A stretch of 64,000 nt of DNA from Geosiphon pyriformis uo1 (taxonomy: Eukaryota > Fungi > Glomeromycota): assembly GCA_016748015.1 (NCBI GenBank), contig JAAOMT010000735.1:186001-250000 (forward strand). Reading direction: 5' to 3'. Under the pieces are notes generated by a model. That model was not told the origin of the DNA. It did not search any database and worked only from the letters and a program-made list of their open reading frames with translations. The position numbers were made by a program, and so were the translations under genes. The number at the start of each line of letters is the position of its first letter. Position 1 is the stretch's first letter. This document shows, one piece after another, positions 12,470 to 25,298 of this stretch.

Positions 12470-15400
12470 TTATTTTTTAACAAATATAATTGGATTAATA
12501 TTATAATAAAAAAAAAATTTGTAATTAAATTTGTTAATATGTTTTAATTATATTAAAAAAGTAAAAAAAATGTTTTTTATAGTAATTTATAATAATATTT
12601 TTAACAAATTGTATTATTACTTTTATAATATTAAAATAATTTACAAATTAAATATAATTTTTAAAAATAAAAATCTAAAAAAATGTTTAATAAATAAAAA
12701 AAGCTGAATATATTAAATATATTTTAAAAATATTGAATTTAATTATAAAAACAAGCTTAAATTCTATTATTTAATATTTAATTATGCTTATTTTTTCAAA
12801 AAAATTTAGATTAATAATTAGAACAAATAAACATTTAATTATACAAACAATATATTGTGCTTTATAATAACTAATAATATTTAAAATACTGTTTTTAATA
12901 TATTATTATTTATTAAAGATAATTAAAACAAAATTAAAAAAAAAATTTAATTTATCTTATTAAAAATTAATTTATTTTGTAATTAAAGTATTTTAATAAT
13001 AATAAACAAAAGATCAAACTAAAAAAAGTTCATAAAATTAATACTAATATATAATTTATAATATTTAAAAAAATACATTGATTTTATAACTAAAATTATT
13101 AAAAAAAATTAATCTTAGGATTATTTTTAAAATTTTACTAAAAACAATAGTGCAAATTACTTTTTAATTATTATTGGCAAGCAAAAAAATCAATATTAGA
13201 ATATATTTAAAACATTACAGTAATATTATAAAACAAAATTAAAATTTTTTTTACAAATAAATATATTAAAAAAATTTGTTTAAACTATATATCTATTTTA
13301 ATTTACAATTAAAAAAACTAGGCAAAAATAACAAAAAAATTTAAGATTTTAAATTAATCAAATAATAATAAATATAGTTTTAAATATATAAAATAAATTT
13401 CTTTAGATTTTTAAATTACTAAAAACAATTATTTTTTTACTCTTTAGAAAATTTTGTAAAATATATACTTGTTCAAACCAATTATTACTTAATAAATCTT
13501 TGATATTAACAAATAAATTTGCAAAAATATGGAATTTTAATTCTAAATATTTATTTGTTTAAAAAGATTAAAGAATTTAATATTATTTTTTACAATTCAA
13601 ATAATTAATTTTTAATTAAGTAATTAAAAATTAAAATTATTTATAAAAACATTTTTCAAAAAAAGCTGTCACAAAAAGTTATAAACTTTATAAAAATTAT
13701 TAAATATTTACTTCTAAAATTCAATTTAAGTTTTATTATTAAAAACTATATTGTCATCAAAAAATTATCTTAAATTAACATAAGACAAATAAAATTATAA
13801 CAACAAAAACAACTTAAATAGTTTATTACACTATATGCTAATATATTTACAAAAAAACAATAATTTAAAAAGAGCTAATTTGATTTAACATTAAATTTAT
13901 ATAAAAAATACAAAAATTAAGATAATAATAAATTTATTAAATATTACTTATCAATTACTAGTTTATTAAAAACAAAGTACAATAAATACTTAATAATAAA
14001 TTTATCTAATTATTAATAAATTTTTAGATTTTATTAGTATTTTTTATAAAAAAAATAGAAAAATATAATTTTGTGTCAATTATTATCAACTAAATAATAT
14101 TATAATTAAAGATGTTTATTTTTTATTTTAAATTAATAGCATACTAAATATATTTGAAGAATCCAAATATTTCTTAATATTAAATTTAAAAAATAGATAT
14201 TAATAAATTGTAATAGACTTTAAAAACCACTCAAAAACAGTTTTTACAATTCAAAAAAAAATTATAAATTTAATATAATGTCTTTTGAATTATATAATAT
14301 AGCAAAATTCTAATAATTTATAAATATTGTTTATATTAAACTCTTATAATAATTAGTTATTGTTTATTTTGATGTTTATTTACTATTATTTAAAGCTTAT
14401 TTAGTTTACTTGCAAAATTTTTTTTAATAATTATGAAAAGTAAAATTAAAATTAAACATTAAAAAATACTATTTTAAAAAAATAAATTTGGTTTTTTTTG
14501 GTCATATTATTAATAGAGAAAAGATTAAGCCTAACTTAAAAAAAGTTAATACTATTAGAAATTTTTAAATTTTTAAAATACTACTAAATTAAAAAAATTT
14601 ACAGAATTAAATCTTATTACTAAAATTTTTTAAAATTTTTTTTAAAATTACCAAACTTTTTAATTATCTAATTAATAAAAATATTAAATATTAATAAATT
14701 ACAAAATAACAAATTGTCTTTAATATTTTTAAGAAAATACTAATAATAACTTTAATCTTAGTTTATCTTAAATTTTAACTAGTTATTAATGTTTTATATA
14801 CAGTTTTTAGTGTTATTTTATTTTAATTAAATAACAATAATAATAAAAAAATAATTATTTATGTTAATAGAATATTAAAACTAGTAAAATAAAACTATTT
14901 TGCTATTAAATTAAAAATAGCAGTCATAATTTAGACTCTTTATTATTTTGATTTATATTTTAAACTCGAAAAATATGATATTATTATTAATAATATTAAA
15001 CTTAAATGACTTTAAATTAAAAGTTTAAATTAAACATCAAATAAATTTATTAAATTGAATTTTTTGCAAACTATTAATATGTTATATATTACAAATCAAA
15101 AAAACTACATATTAATATTAATAATTTTTTTAGAATAAAACAAGATTAAAACATTTAAAAAAATAATTAATTTAATAATAACAAGTAAATTAATAATACA
15201 ATAAATCTTAAAAATTAAAATAATCTCAAATAATACTTAAAAATACTTATAACTTCAGAAATTTGATTTTTAAATAAAAAACATTAATTATAATATTAAG
15301 CAAAACAATATTTATTATATAATAATATTATCTATTATTAAAATACAAAAAAAAAATTTTATATAATATGTATTTAAATTCTTAATTAGCATATTTTAAA

Positions 15401-16340
15401 AAATAACACAATTCAAAAAACATTAAAACATTATTTTTGGTCTAAAATAAAAAAAAATTTATTAATATATCAAGTTTTGTGATAATTATTAAAGAAAAAA
15501 AAAACATACTTTATTAAACTCTTAAATTTAATTAAAATTAAACAATATTTTAATTGAGTTAGTATTAATTTAATTAAATTACTACTTATTACAATTCAAA
15601 AAAACTGATATATTGTAATTGTTATAAATTATTTGACAAAATAACTTAAAGCAAAAACAATTTAACAAATTAATACAAAATTAATAACAAATTTTATTTA
15701 AAAAAACATTATTTGTAAATATAAATGTCTAATCAAACTTTTATTTAATTAAAAAACATAATTTATGAATATTAAAAAATTTTTATTTTTATCTTATTAT
15801 ATATTAATAAATAAACTTGTAAAATATTTTAATAAAATATTTTATAAAAAATGAAATATTCTTATTTGATTAATGTTATTAGTATATATATGCTAAAACA
15901 AAATACAATAAAACATATATTATTTGATTTAACTTATAAAAAAACAACAATATTATTATTAATTTTATAGTAAAAATTTATTTAGTATAATTAATTACAA
16001 AGAAAAACTTCTAAAAAATATTTTAATAAAGAATTTATATATTATTTAGTACTTTAGAAAAAAAAAATTGTAATTATTTATATAAAATATTTTCAAGCTT
16101 AACAAAAAAACAGCATAATAACAAATTGTTATTTGTTACTAATAAATTTAAAATAGGAAATAAAGTTTTTTTATATAAAACTAAGACTAAAAAACAATAA
16201 AATAAAAAATTTAATTATAAATAAAATCTTAAAAAATAAATTATACAAGTTAAAACTTAATGATAAAGTTTTAAAAAAAGCTGTTCATAATTATTAATTT
16301 AAATACTACTATTTTAGAACCAATTTTTAATTTTTAATTC
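12470..16340 (+). mobile_element. Hypermutated Ty3/Gypsy retrotransposon, part 2 (dUTPase, RT, RNase H, integrase)
   Basis: RT at 14162-14300: SKYFLILNLKNRY**I (=SKYFSTLDLKSGYWQI) and KTVFT...YKFNIMSFELYN (=KTAFT...YEFNVMPFGLCN). ~14450-14545: KLNIKKYYF...FFGHIINREKIKPN. RNase H at ~14790-15010: NVLYTVFSVILF*L and IIYVNRILKLVK*NYFAIKLK (=VAYASRTLRPAEQNYSATELE). Integrase at ~15420-15680: HYFWSKI, CDNY* and KN*YIVIVINYLTK*LKA (=GNRYIVVATDYLTKWPEA). The order PR-RT-RH-IN is Gypsy-type. Confidence 0.85.
12983..13365 (+). pseudogene. dUTPase domain relic inside the Gypsy pol
   Basis: 13141-13200 KTIVQITF*LLLASKKINIR reverts by transitions only to GAMVQIASRSSLASKGINVR (motif 2, RSS). 13321-13365 GKNNKKI*DFKLIK* reverts to GKSDRGTQGFGSTGR (motif 5, RGxxGFGSTG). 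Confidence 0.7.
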
Positions 16341-17879
16341 TATAAATAGATATATAATTTTCTTTAATTAATTCAGAAAATATTTTTTAAGACTTAAAAC
16401 CAATAATTATTATTAAATAATTTCTAAACTTAAATATTTAAAATTTATTTTTATTTTTATTTCTTATACTTTAAAACAACTAAAACAATTTTACAAAAAC
16501 AAATAAAAATTACACAAAAAATATTAAAAAACAAATTAATTATATTTAGACAAAATTTATTACAATTTTAGTAATAAATACACAAAATTATTACTTTTAT
16601 AAAAAAAATATAAAAAATTATTCTGAAATTTATTTGTTAAAACTTATTGTTTATTCCTATTAAAATTTTTTTAAATATTTTAATTTAACAATATTTTAAT
16701 AAATAAAATAATAAATATTCTTTAATTTATAGATATTTTTATATTAAGAAAACATATATAAAAGAAAACTATAATTTAAAATAACAAATTTTATACCAAA
16801 AACTATTTAAAAACAAATTTACAACAAATTAAAGACAACAGTTAAACTAATAAATACTTATTACAAAATTAAAACAGCTTTTAGACTTTATAATTTATTT
16901 TATATATGCAAAATTATTTTATAAAATCCAATTTTACAATTTTTAAAAATTCAATATATTAAAAAGCTTATAAAACTAAAATTTCAACAATTTTCAAACC
17001 AAATTTTTTCAATAATTTTGGATTACTATCTAAAAATTACAAAAAATATTTGAATTTTAACAAAACTTATTTTTAAAAAGAAGATTATATTATTAGCAAA
17101 AATTTATACTACTAATTAATATAAAATTACTCTTAAAATTTTTATTATTAATTAGCAATTTACCAAAATAACTTATAGTTTGCAAAAATAATTTGTAATT
17201 CGACAAAATATATTTTTAATTTACTGAAAAATTAGAAAAAAAATATTAAATTATAGAATAATATTATAATAAATTATATAAAAAAAAACTTCTTTTTTTA
17301 AAAAAATATATCTTAATTTAAAATTATTTTTTTGAGAAGCAATTCAGTTTAGAAAAACTAATATAAATTAATTTAAATAAAACTTATTTTAAAAACCTAA
17401 ATTTTTAATTATTATTGTTTCAAATTATTTATTTAAAACTAATATTTTGAAATTAATTAACTATTAATTTCAATAATTATTAGTATTTTTAAGTTTGGCT
17501 TAGAAATAACTTTTTTAAGATAATTTTTTATTTTTTTATTTTCAAGTTTATTTTTTTTACTTTTATATTACTAAGTAATTTATAATTCTGACTTTTTGTA
17601 AAAAAATTAACTTTTACAACAAAATAACTACATATTATTAAAAAGATTATATATAAAAATTTTTTGTTAAAAAATTGACTTTTATTACAAAATAACTATA
17701 TAAAATAATTGGCACAAAATTGGTTATTCTATTATAAGCTCAATAAAACACATAATTTAAAGTATAAAAAGATATTTTAGAAAATAAATTAACTTATTAG
17801 AAATTTAACAACTTTTATTAACAGTAAAATTAACAATAAATAATATTAGTAGTAACAAAAAAAGAGAACAAAAAATCTT

Positions 17880-19960
17880 TAATAATATTAAATTAACTAT
17901 AATTAATTTAAAATTTTTAAAATATATTTAGCTAAATAATTGTTTATAATTATTAGAATATCAATACTTAAAAAATCTAAGACTAAACTTAAAGTAAAAA
18001 CTTATATATTATTAAATTTGTTTGCAATTTATATTTTAATATTTGAATAAAGCTTTGTTTTTGTAATAATTAAAATATTATTATTCATAATATTGTATTA
18101 TTTAATCATATTATTTTGTTTAATAAAAATATTTATGTTTTTAATATTATATATAGCTATTTTTTTGTCTAAATTATTATCTAAACATAAAGAATCTAAT
18201 TTATTTAAAATTGCTTTAATTAATTTTTTTAAAACCAATATATTAACTTTTAGATTATTAATCTTAACAGTAAAAATTTTAGAGCTATTTATAATTAAAT
18301 ATAAAGCAATATTTACAATTTTAAATATAATTAATTGATTTATTAATAATTTATTAACTATTATATTAATGTTTTGATTAATTATATATAAAATTATACT
18401 TTTAAAATATAATAATAAGAAAAAAAAAATTTCAGTTTATATGTAATTTTGAAAACTTAATCTATAAAATTTTTTAGAAAATAGTTTACTATATTTATGT
18501 AAAAATCTAAGATTTATATTAAAAAAATAAAATTGGAAAGAATAACTAAATTTTTTACTATTAAAGTATTATAAATCAAATTATAAAAAAGATAAAATTA
18601 TTATTATTAACAACTAATATTTAAGTTTTATTATTAAAAAACATTAAACAAAAAATAAAAGCCTGTTTTTTTTTACATATATATATATTAGTTATTATTT
18701 ATTAAAATTAGAAAATTTTTTAAATAACTTATTACTTTCTTATTAAGTTTATAATTATGTATAATTGTATTGTTTATACTTAATACATAAAGAAAATATT
18801 AGATTAATTTAATAAAAAATTATATTTTTAAATATAAATAACTACTTTTTTAAAAATAACAGAATTAAAACACATTAAAATACAATATATTTATAAATAA
18901 GTAATTAAATTATAAATAATAATACAAGTTTTTTTATTATATAAAAACAAAAAATTTAAAAGATTGTAAATAATAGTATTTATTAGAAAAATATATAAAA
19001 AACATAATAATAATCTTTAAAGTTTTATATTTATTTATTAGTATTAACTTTAATATCATATATAAAATTTTTTTTTATAAAAATTAATTATTAAAAAGCA
19101 AATAAATTAATAGTTTTAATACTTTTAAACTCAATTAATACTTTTTACCAAAAATTATTAATTGTATTTTAATTGTTTTAATTTTATTAAATTTAGATAA
19201 TATTAATATTATTACTAATTTGAAAAAATTTACTGGAATTTTTTTACTGATTGCCAAATTTTTAATCTGATTTAAATTTGATTTAAAAATAAAAATCGAT
19301 AAATTAAGTCTTAAAATTATAAAAAGATAAAAGTTTTTCTAAAACTGTCTATTTGATAAAAAAAATTTTAATATATTTAAGTTTTTTACTTAGAGTTTTA
19401 TTAACAACTACAGTAAAATTAATATTTAAACATTTTTTCTCTTTAATTAAAACTATAAAATATAAAATAAATACAACAAACTTAAAAAGTAATAAATTAA
19501 AAATTTTTTTATTACTTATTTTATTAAAAGACAATTTTTTTGGTAGTTTTTTTAAGTTGTAAAACCAAATATAAATGCTTTATAAATAGTTTTATTTATA
19601 TGCTTACTTTTATTTAAATTATTTAGATTAATAAAGCTGGTCTTTTTTATTATTAAATTTATTATATTCTTAATATTTAATACTTTATTAATATTATTTT
19701 TTTTACTTTTATTTTATTGTTTCAAGATTTATCCATAAGTTTTTTACTATTGTTAACCAAATTTATGGCCAAAAAGCTTACAAATAAGTTTACACTTTTA
19801 ATCTTAATAATAAGCTATTTGGTTTTTCTATTTGAATTTTTCAAAATATAAATATATATATATTATTACTTTTTTATGCCAAAATCTTCATATTAGATTT
19901 TTTAATATTTAAATCACTAGCCAAAAAACCAGCCAGTTTTATAATTATAAAAAAATTTAT
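17880..19960 (-). mobile_element. Hypermutated LINE relic (ORF1 and start of ORF2 APE), related to the LINE at 5641-12469
   Basis: The minus strand at 18050-18300 reads NSSKIFTVKINNLKVNILVL...AILNKLDSLC, then KIAIYNIKNINIFIKQNNMI. This is colinear with SSSKVLTSKVGGLELKLVAL...SILAKLDQLC and KIATCNVREMNNPAKQEDI at 10330-10600. ORF 19349-19534 CLNINFTVVVNKT...KLKYIKIFF matches ORF1 ALDINLSAVEEK...IRKLF. Confidence 0.75.
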
Positions 19961-21899
19961 ATTAAAAAAAAAAATTTAACAAAAAAATAGAATAAAAAAA
20001 AGAAAATCTATAAGAAAAAAAGTTTTTTTTAGTTTTAAGTTGATTAATTTTAATTAAAAATCTAAAATTTATTTAATAATCAAATAAAATATTATTTTTT
20101 TATTTTAGACAAAAAAAATCATATATTTTGTGCATATTTTAAAATATTAGCCAAAATTTTATGTTTTTATTTAAAGTATTTTCTATTATAAATTTTATTA
20201 TAAAAATAAAAAACTATATAAATATGTTTCTTAAAACAAAAAAATTAGTTTTTTAAAAAACATTAAATTTATTATATATATTAAAAAAATTTTCTTTGTA
20301 ATTTTAATTAAAGCTATATAGCAAACCATAATTTTATATTTTTTAAAACAAACAAAAAGAATTTAATGTTTATAAATAAATTAATACTAAAAAAAACACC
20401 AAAAAAAATTTAAAAATATATATTTTGTAATTTGTATCCAAATTTTTTAAAAAAAAATTATAAATCTGTTTTTTAATATATAAATATATTAGCTATTATT
20501 TATTAAATTCTATAATTGCTTTTTAAATTTGATTTAAATTTTTTTCAATAGAATATTTAATCTATTTATATTAAATATAAGTAAATAAAACCAAATAAAT
20601 TTAATACAATTTATATTTTTAAAAACAAAAATCATGTAAAAAGCATTTTTTTAAATTTTAAAACAAACAATTGTAAAAAACAGAAATTTAATAAATTATA
20701 TATATTTTTTATTATAAATTCCTAAAAAATTAAAAAATTTATAAGCTATTATACTTATTAATAAAATATAGAAAAGTATTTAATACTAATTTTTTAAAAT
20801 TTATATTTACTTATTAATATTGGCTTTTAATTATATATATTGAATTTTTTTATTTAAAACAAACTATTTAAAAGCAATTAATTTAGTAATTTTATAATTT
20901 GTGAATTCTATCATAGTTTTTTCGTATAAATTAATAAGTTATAACTTAATTAATATTATCTTAAAAAACAAAATTTATAATTATTTCGAAAAATTAACCA
21001 GAATTTTTAATAATTATTTCTTGATTTGTATATATATTTATATATTTTAAATTAATATTTACTATAAATATTTATTTTTATACTTAAATTTTTAACTGTT
21101 TAAATATAATTTAATAGTAAATAATTTTTTAGAATTTTGAAAAAATAAAGATTTTTTTTAATAATATTTAATTTGTTTTAAATATTTTTTTTATTGTTAA
21201 TAAATTAATATTTAATATGTAAAACTTTAAAAAATTAAACACAATTATTTTTATAAAAATTAAAACATAAAATTTTACTTTTTTATGTTTTTAATTTTCA
21301 ATTTTTTATTAAACTATAATAAAAACTTTTTATTTTATTGTCTTAAAAAACAGATTTAGAAGTTTTATTAAATTTAAATATTTTTATATTTAAGTTACTA
21401 ATAAAATAATTACTATAATATCAAAATTTTTAGTTTTTTTGTTTGTTTTACCAGAAATATACTTAAGTTTTCTTTTTATATTTTTTTTAATTAAATTAGC
21501 AATAATAATATTTATTATGTCTAATTTTCAAATAAAAACATGTTAAAAAAATGATTTAAAAACGCTGAAAAAGAAAAAAAAATTTTATATAAATTATAAT
21601 ATATATTATTTATTTAAACAGAAATAGTTTTAATAATACTAAAATTTTTTTGTTATTATAAATATTAATTATTAATTAAATTAAAAATTTATTTATTTAT
21701 TTATTATTTTTTTAAGTAGATTAATACTAATTGTAAATTAAGTTTTTATTAAATTTTATTAATTTTCAATTATCTTATTAACTTTTTTAAATTATAATAA
21801 TTTATTTTTTTTATTATTTATTAATTATTAATTTTGCTTAAATTATTAAAAAAAATTTAATATAATTTTTTTTTGTATAATTACAATACTTTTAACTTA

Positions 21900-22600
21900 A
21901 CTTATTATAAATTATTACTTTTAAATTTAAAATTAACTTATTTAAAAATTTCAATAATAATTATTCAAAATTTTAAATTTTATTAACCAAATTTAATTTA
22001 TTAACTAAATTTATTTTTGTTATTATTTTATTAATATTAATTAAGTAAAACTTATTAATATATTATTTATAAAAAAATTAGTTGTTGTTTAGTTTTATTA
22101 ATTTTAAAAAATATTAATATACTTAATAAAAATATTAAAAATACAGATTATTATAACAATAAACTTTTTAAAATATGTTAATAATTTTGTATTTTTTTAA
22201 TTTTCTAAGCTTAATTAATTATTGACTTTTTTTTAAGATAAATTAATATAACTTATTATTAATTAATTAAAAAAACTAAAAAAACTAAAAAATCTTATTA
22301 TCAAAATAATAATTTTTGTTTTTATTATAAAAAAATTAATTATATTACTTAATAGTATTTTGTAAAAATAATCAGTAAACTTTTATAGTTTTATTAAAAA
22401 ACAATTAAATTTAAATACAATAATTTATTGTTTTAGAAAATATTAATTAGAAAATTCAATAGTTAATTTAATAATAAATATTAAAAAACAAATTTTCTTT
22501 AATTTATTAAAAGTTTACATTATATTTATTATTTTAAATTATCTTAGTTGTAATTATACAACTTATTAATTGATTAAAAAAACTGTTTTATTAAGTTTTT
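21900..22600 (+). mobile_element. Hypermutated gag (and possible protease start) of a second LTR retrotransposon
   Basis: 22317-22358 CFYYKKINYIT**Y has exact C-x2-C-x4-H-x4-C spacing after reverting TAT to TGT/CAT. ~21938-21980 LFKNFNNNYSKF* resembles the PEKFDGxRSKFR start of Ty3/Gypsy gag. Boundaries are approximate. Confidence 0.5.
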
Positions 22601-23237
22601 TAATATATTTTAAGAAAAAAAAATTACAAATAGTTTTATTTAATGCAATTTTTATATTTTATAATATATATTAATAAGAAAAAATTAGTCAAAACTTTTT
22701 AATAATTAAAAACTGCTAAATAAATATTATAAATATACCAATATATTTAATAAAAAGTAAACTAATTTATTTTTAAAACATTATTTATATAAATTTTTTT
22801 TTAAAAAGTAAAACAAAAATTTTATTTACAATTTTTATACACAAAATTTAAAATCTTTTACAAATATTTAAAAAAAAAAAATTAATTGTAATTTTAAATT
22901 ATTAATAAATATTTTAATATTTTTTATTAAGAAAAAAATAGATTCTTCTTTAAATTTTGTATTAATTTTTAAATTTAATTAAATTATAAATAAAAATAAA
23001 TATTTATTGTTTTTAATTATAAATTTGTTAGATTAATTATATACTGCTTATATATTTATTACAATTGACTTTTAAAGTGTTTATAATTTGGTATAAATAC
23101 ATAAAAAAAATAAAAAGTGAATATAATAATAATAATTATATTATACAAAAAAATATAATTATTTAAAAGTAAATTATAATTTCAAATAAAAATAAATAAA
23201 CAAAATAATTTTTATGATTGTCAAATTTTCCTAATAT

Positions 23238-23275
<38 letters not shown>

Positions 23276-25119
23276 TTTCTCTTATCGATAAATTTTTAAT
23301 GATAAAAATTATTAATAAAGATAATTTTTTTTTTTTGAAATCATTTTGATAAACATAAAATACAAAAAGATAAGTATAAATACCAAAAATTAATTTTTAC
23401 CAAATTTGATGTAATCAAGATTCTTGAGATTTATATAATTTTAATTAAATTGAATAGAAAATAAAATCATAACAAAATATAACCAAATCAAATGTAAAAA
23501 CGAATAAGTTATATATATTCAATAATAAACAAGAATAGGAACATCTTAAAACGGTGAATTAATATTTGTAGAATTAATTTTTTAATCAATTTAATTAAAT
23601 GAAGTTTCAAAAGAAAAATCAATTCAACATAATATCTCTTTATGAAAGAGATAATTAATAAATTTCTTGATTAATAAAAAACAAAACAAAAACAAAAACA
23701 AAAACAAAAACAAAAAAAACGATCAAAGATGGCAAAGATTCTTACACAAGCAATTAATTTTATTATGTGATATTAAATGTATATATTCATTAAGCGTTTA
23801 AAAATACAAAACTTAATTCAATTAATCGAAGCTTTTTGATCGGTTATGTAAAGCAGATTGAAGAAAATTAAATTCTAAAGGAATATTACAGAAAATCATT
23901 TTAAACGATTATGAATGGTTAAAAATTAACAGTCAAAAGTTGGTAAATTAGAAATTTCTTCAATAAATTTATTGGTAATCTTATACTTTTGATTCGTTAG
24001 ATAAAAAGCAAAAATCGATTGTATCAGATTAATGATGTTAATTGGAGCAGTTTGGATGTCACACAAAAAGTAACTACTAATAATATTTTTGTGTTTTTTG
24101 TTTAGATCAGAAGCTGTGCGATTTCAATCACAGATTTTATTTAATAATGAGTTACCTGAAGTTAAATTAATCCGTTAAACGAAGGATTGCATTGCGTAAT
24201 GCACGAACTGAAAATACTTAAAGGAGTGCAAATCGTTTTTGAAAAAGTAAAAACTTGTGAGGATCAGTGTTACAATAGATGAACTCTAGTTTTTCAAAAA
24301 TTTCTTCGTACATATTGTTGTGCATTAAGAAGTCTAATTTCGATCATTTTTTGTATATTTCTACTATGGAAAAATTTCAATCATGTTAAAAGGTTTGAGA
24401 TGAAAATAAATTCAATGCCATTTTTAACCTGAGTATACCTATTTAAAAACACTGGTAAAAAGATATAAATTTAGCATATATATATTACCCAAATGAAAAA
24501 GCTGGTAAATCTTTAAATAAAAAAATGGCCGAAATTTTTAAATCGAGAAACTGAAAATTTTGTAAGTATATATATATTTATAGAATAAAAAAAGCACTTT
24601 TCAATAAATGATTATTCAGATAAATTCTTTACGCTCGGATAATGTCAGAAAAATGTGTATGACTAATTTAGATTTGATCAAAAATGATCCCCTATCTGCT
24701 ATTTAAGGAAATTCAAGAATCGGAATACAAAAATTGTCTTGATTTGGGATGCAGGCCAAGATCTCTGATCAAGGTTTACACGAGTTATCACAAAAAAAAA
24801 AAGATTACAGGTATTTTACATGAGTTATTACAAAAAAAAATTACGTAAAAATCAGCTTGCAGGATAGCATTTCCATGATTTCGTCATTTTGAAAAGTTAA
24901 TCTCCAAAAAAACTCGTTAAAGAAAACAAGATCAATAGAAAATATTGAGAAATAATCTTAATGTTCTTTAGAGGTTAGACATGAATATTTTTTTATGATC
25001 GAATATTTTTGAAGTTTTAATAGCTGCTCTAATTATCTCAGGAATGTACCATTTTTTCTTTTTTTAAATAAAATGCCACAAATTCTGACTTGATATTAAA
25101 ATGCCTAGAAACTTAATCG

Positions 25120-25298
25120 AAGAACTTAAATACTAATGAATTGACCGTCATCACTCGATTGTCCAAGAACTTTAATACTAATGAATTGACCATCATCACT
25201 CGATTGTCCAAGAACTTTAATACTAATGAATTGACCATCATCACTCGATTGTCCAAGAACTTTAATACTAATGAATTGACCATCATCACTCCCTTGTC
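25120..25298. repeat. Minisatellite, 4 x 45 bp
   Basis: Unit AAGAACTTTAATACTAATGAATTGACCATCATCACTCGATTGTCC. Copies 2 and 3 are identical; the outer copies have 2-3 changes. There are no unique spacers. Confidence 0.95.

Noticed and set aside
18093-19562. Ile/Lys/Phe/Asn-rich ORFs here and at 32489, 34847, 38294, 43563-43953 and 45817
   Set aside because: These are chance ORFs of AT-rich DNA. Only 19349-19534 is informative, as a LINE ORF1 relic.
20400-21300. Possible hypermutated Tc1/IS630-type transposase on the minus strand (SIEKI*, cf. PIEKIW, near 20540)
   Set aside because: A single short motif in saturated sequence is not enough to call.
800-23100. Organellar or endosymbiont (Mollicutes-like) insert, or alternative genetic code, as the cause of the extreme AT content
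   Set aside because: The sequence decodes as Gypsy and LINE domains, with stops arising at former Trp/Gln/Arg codons. Host genes in the window use TAA, TAG and TGA as normal stops.
25120-25298. CRISPR-like appearance of the 45-bp repeats (also the 12-bp array at 63113-63220)
   Set aside because: The units are contiguous with no unique spacers, there are no cas genes, and the context is eukaryotic.
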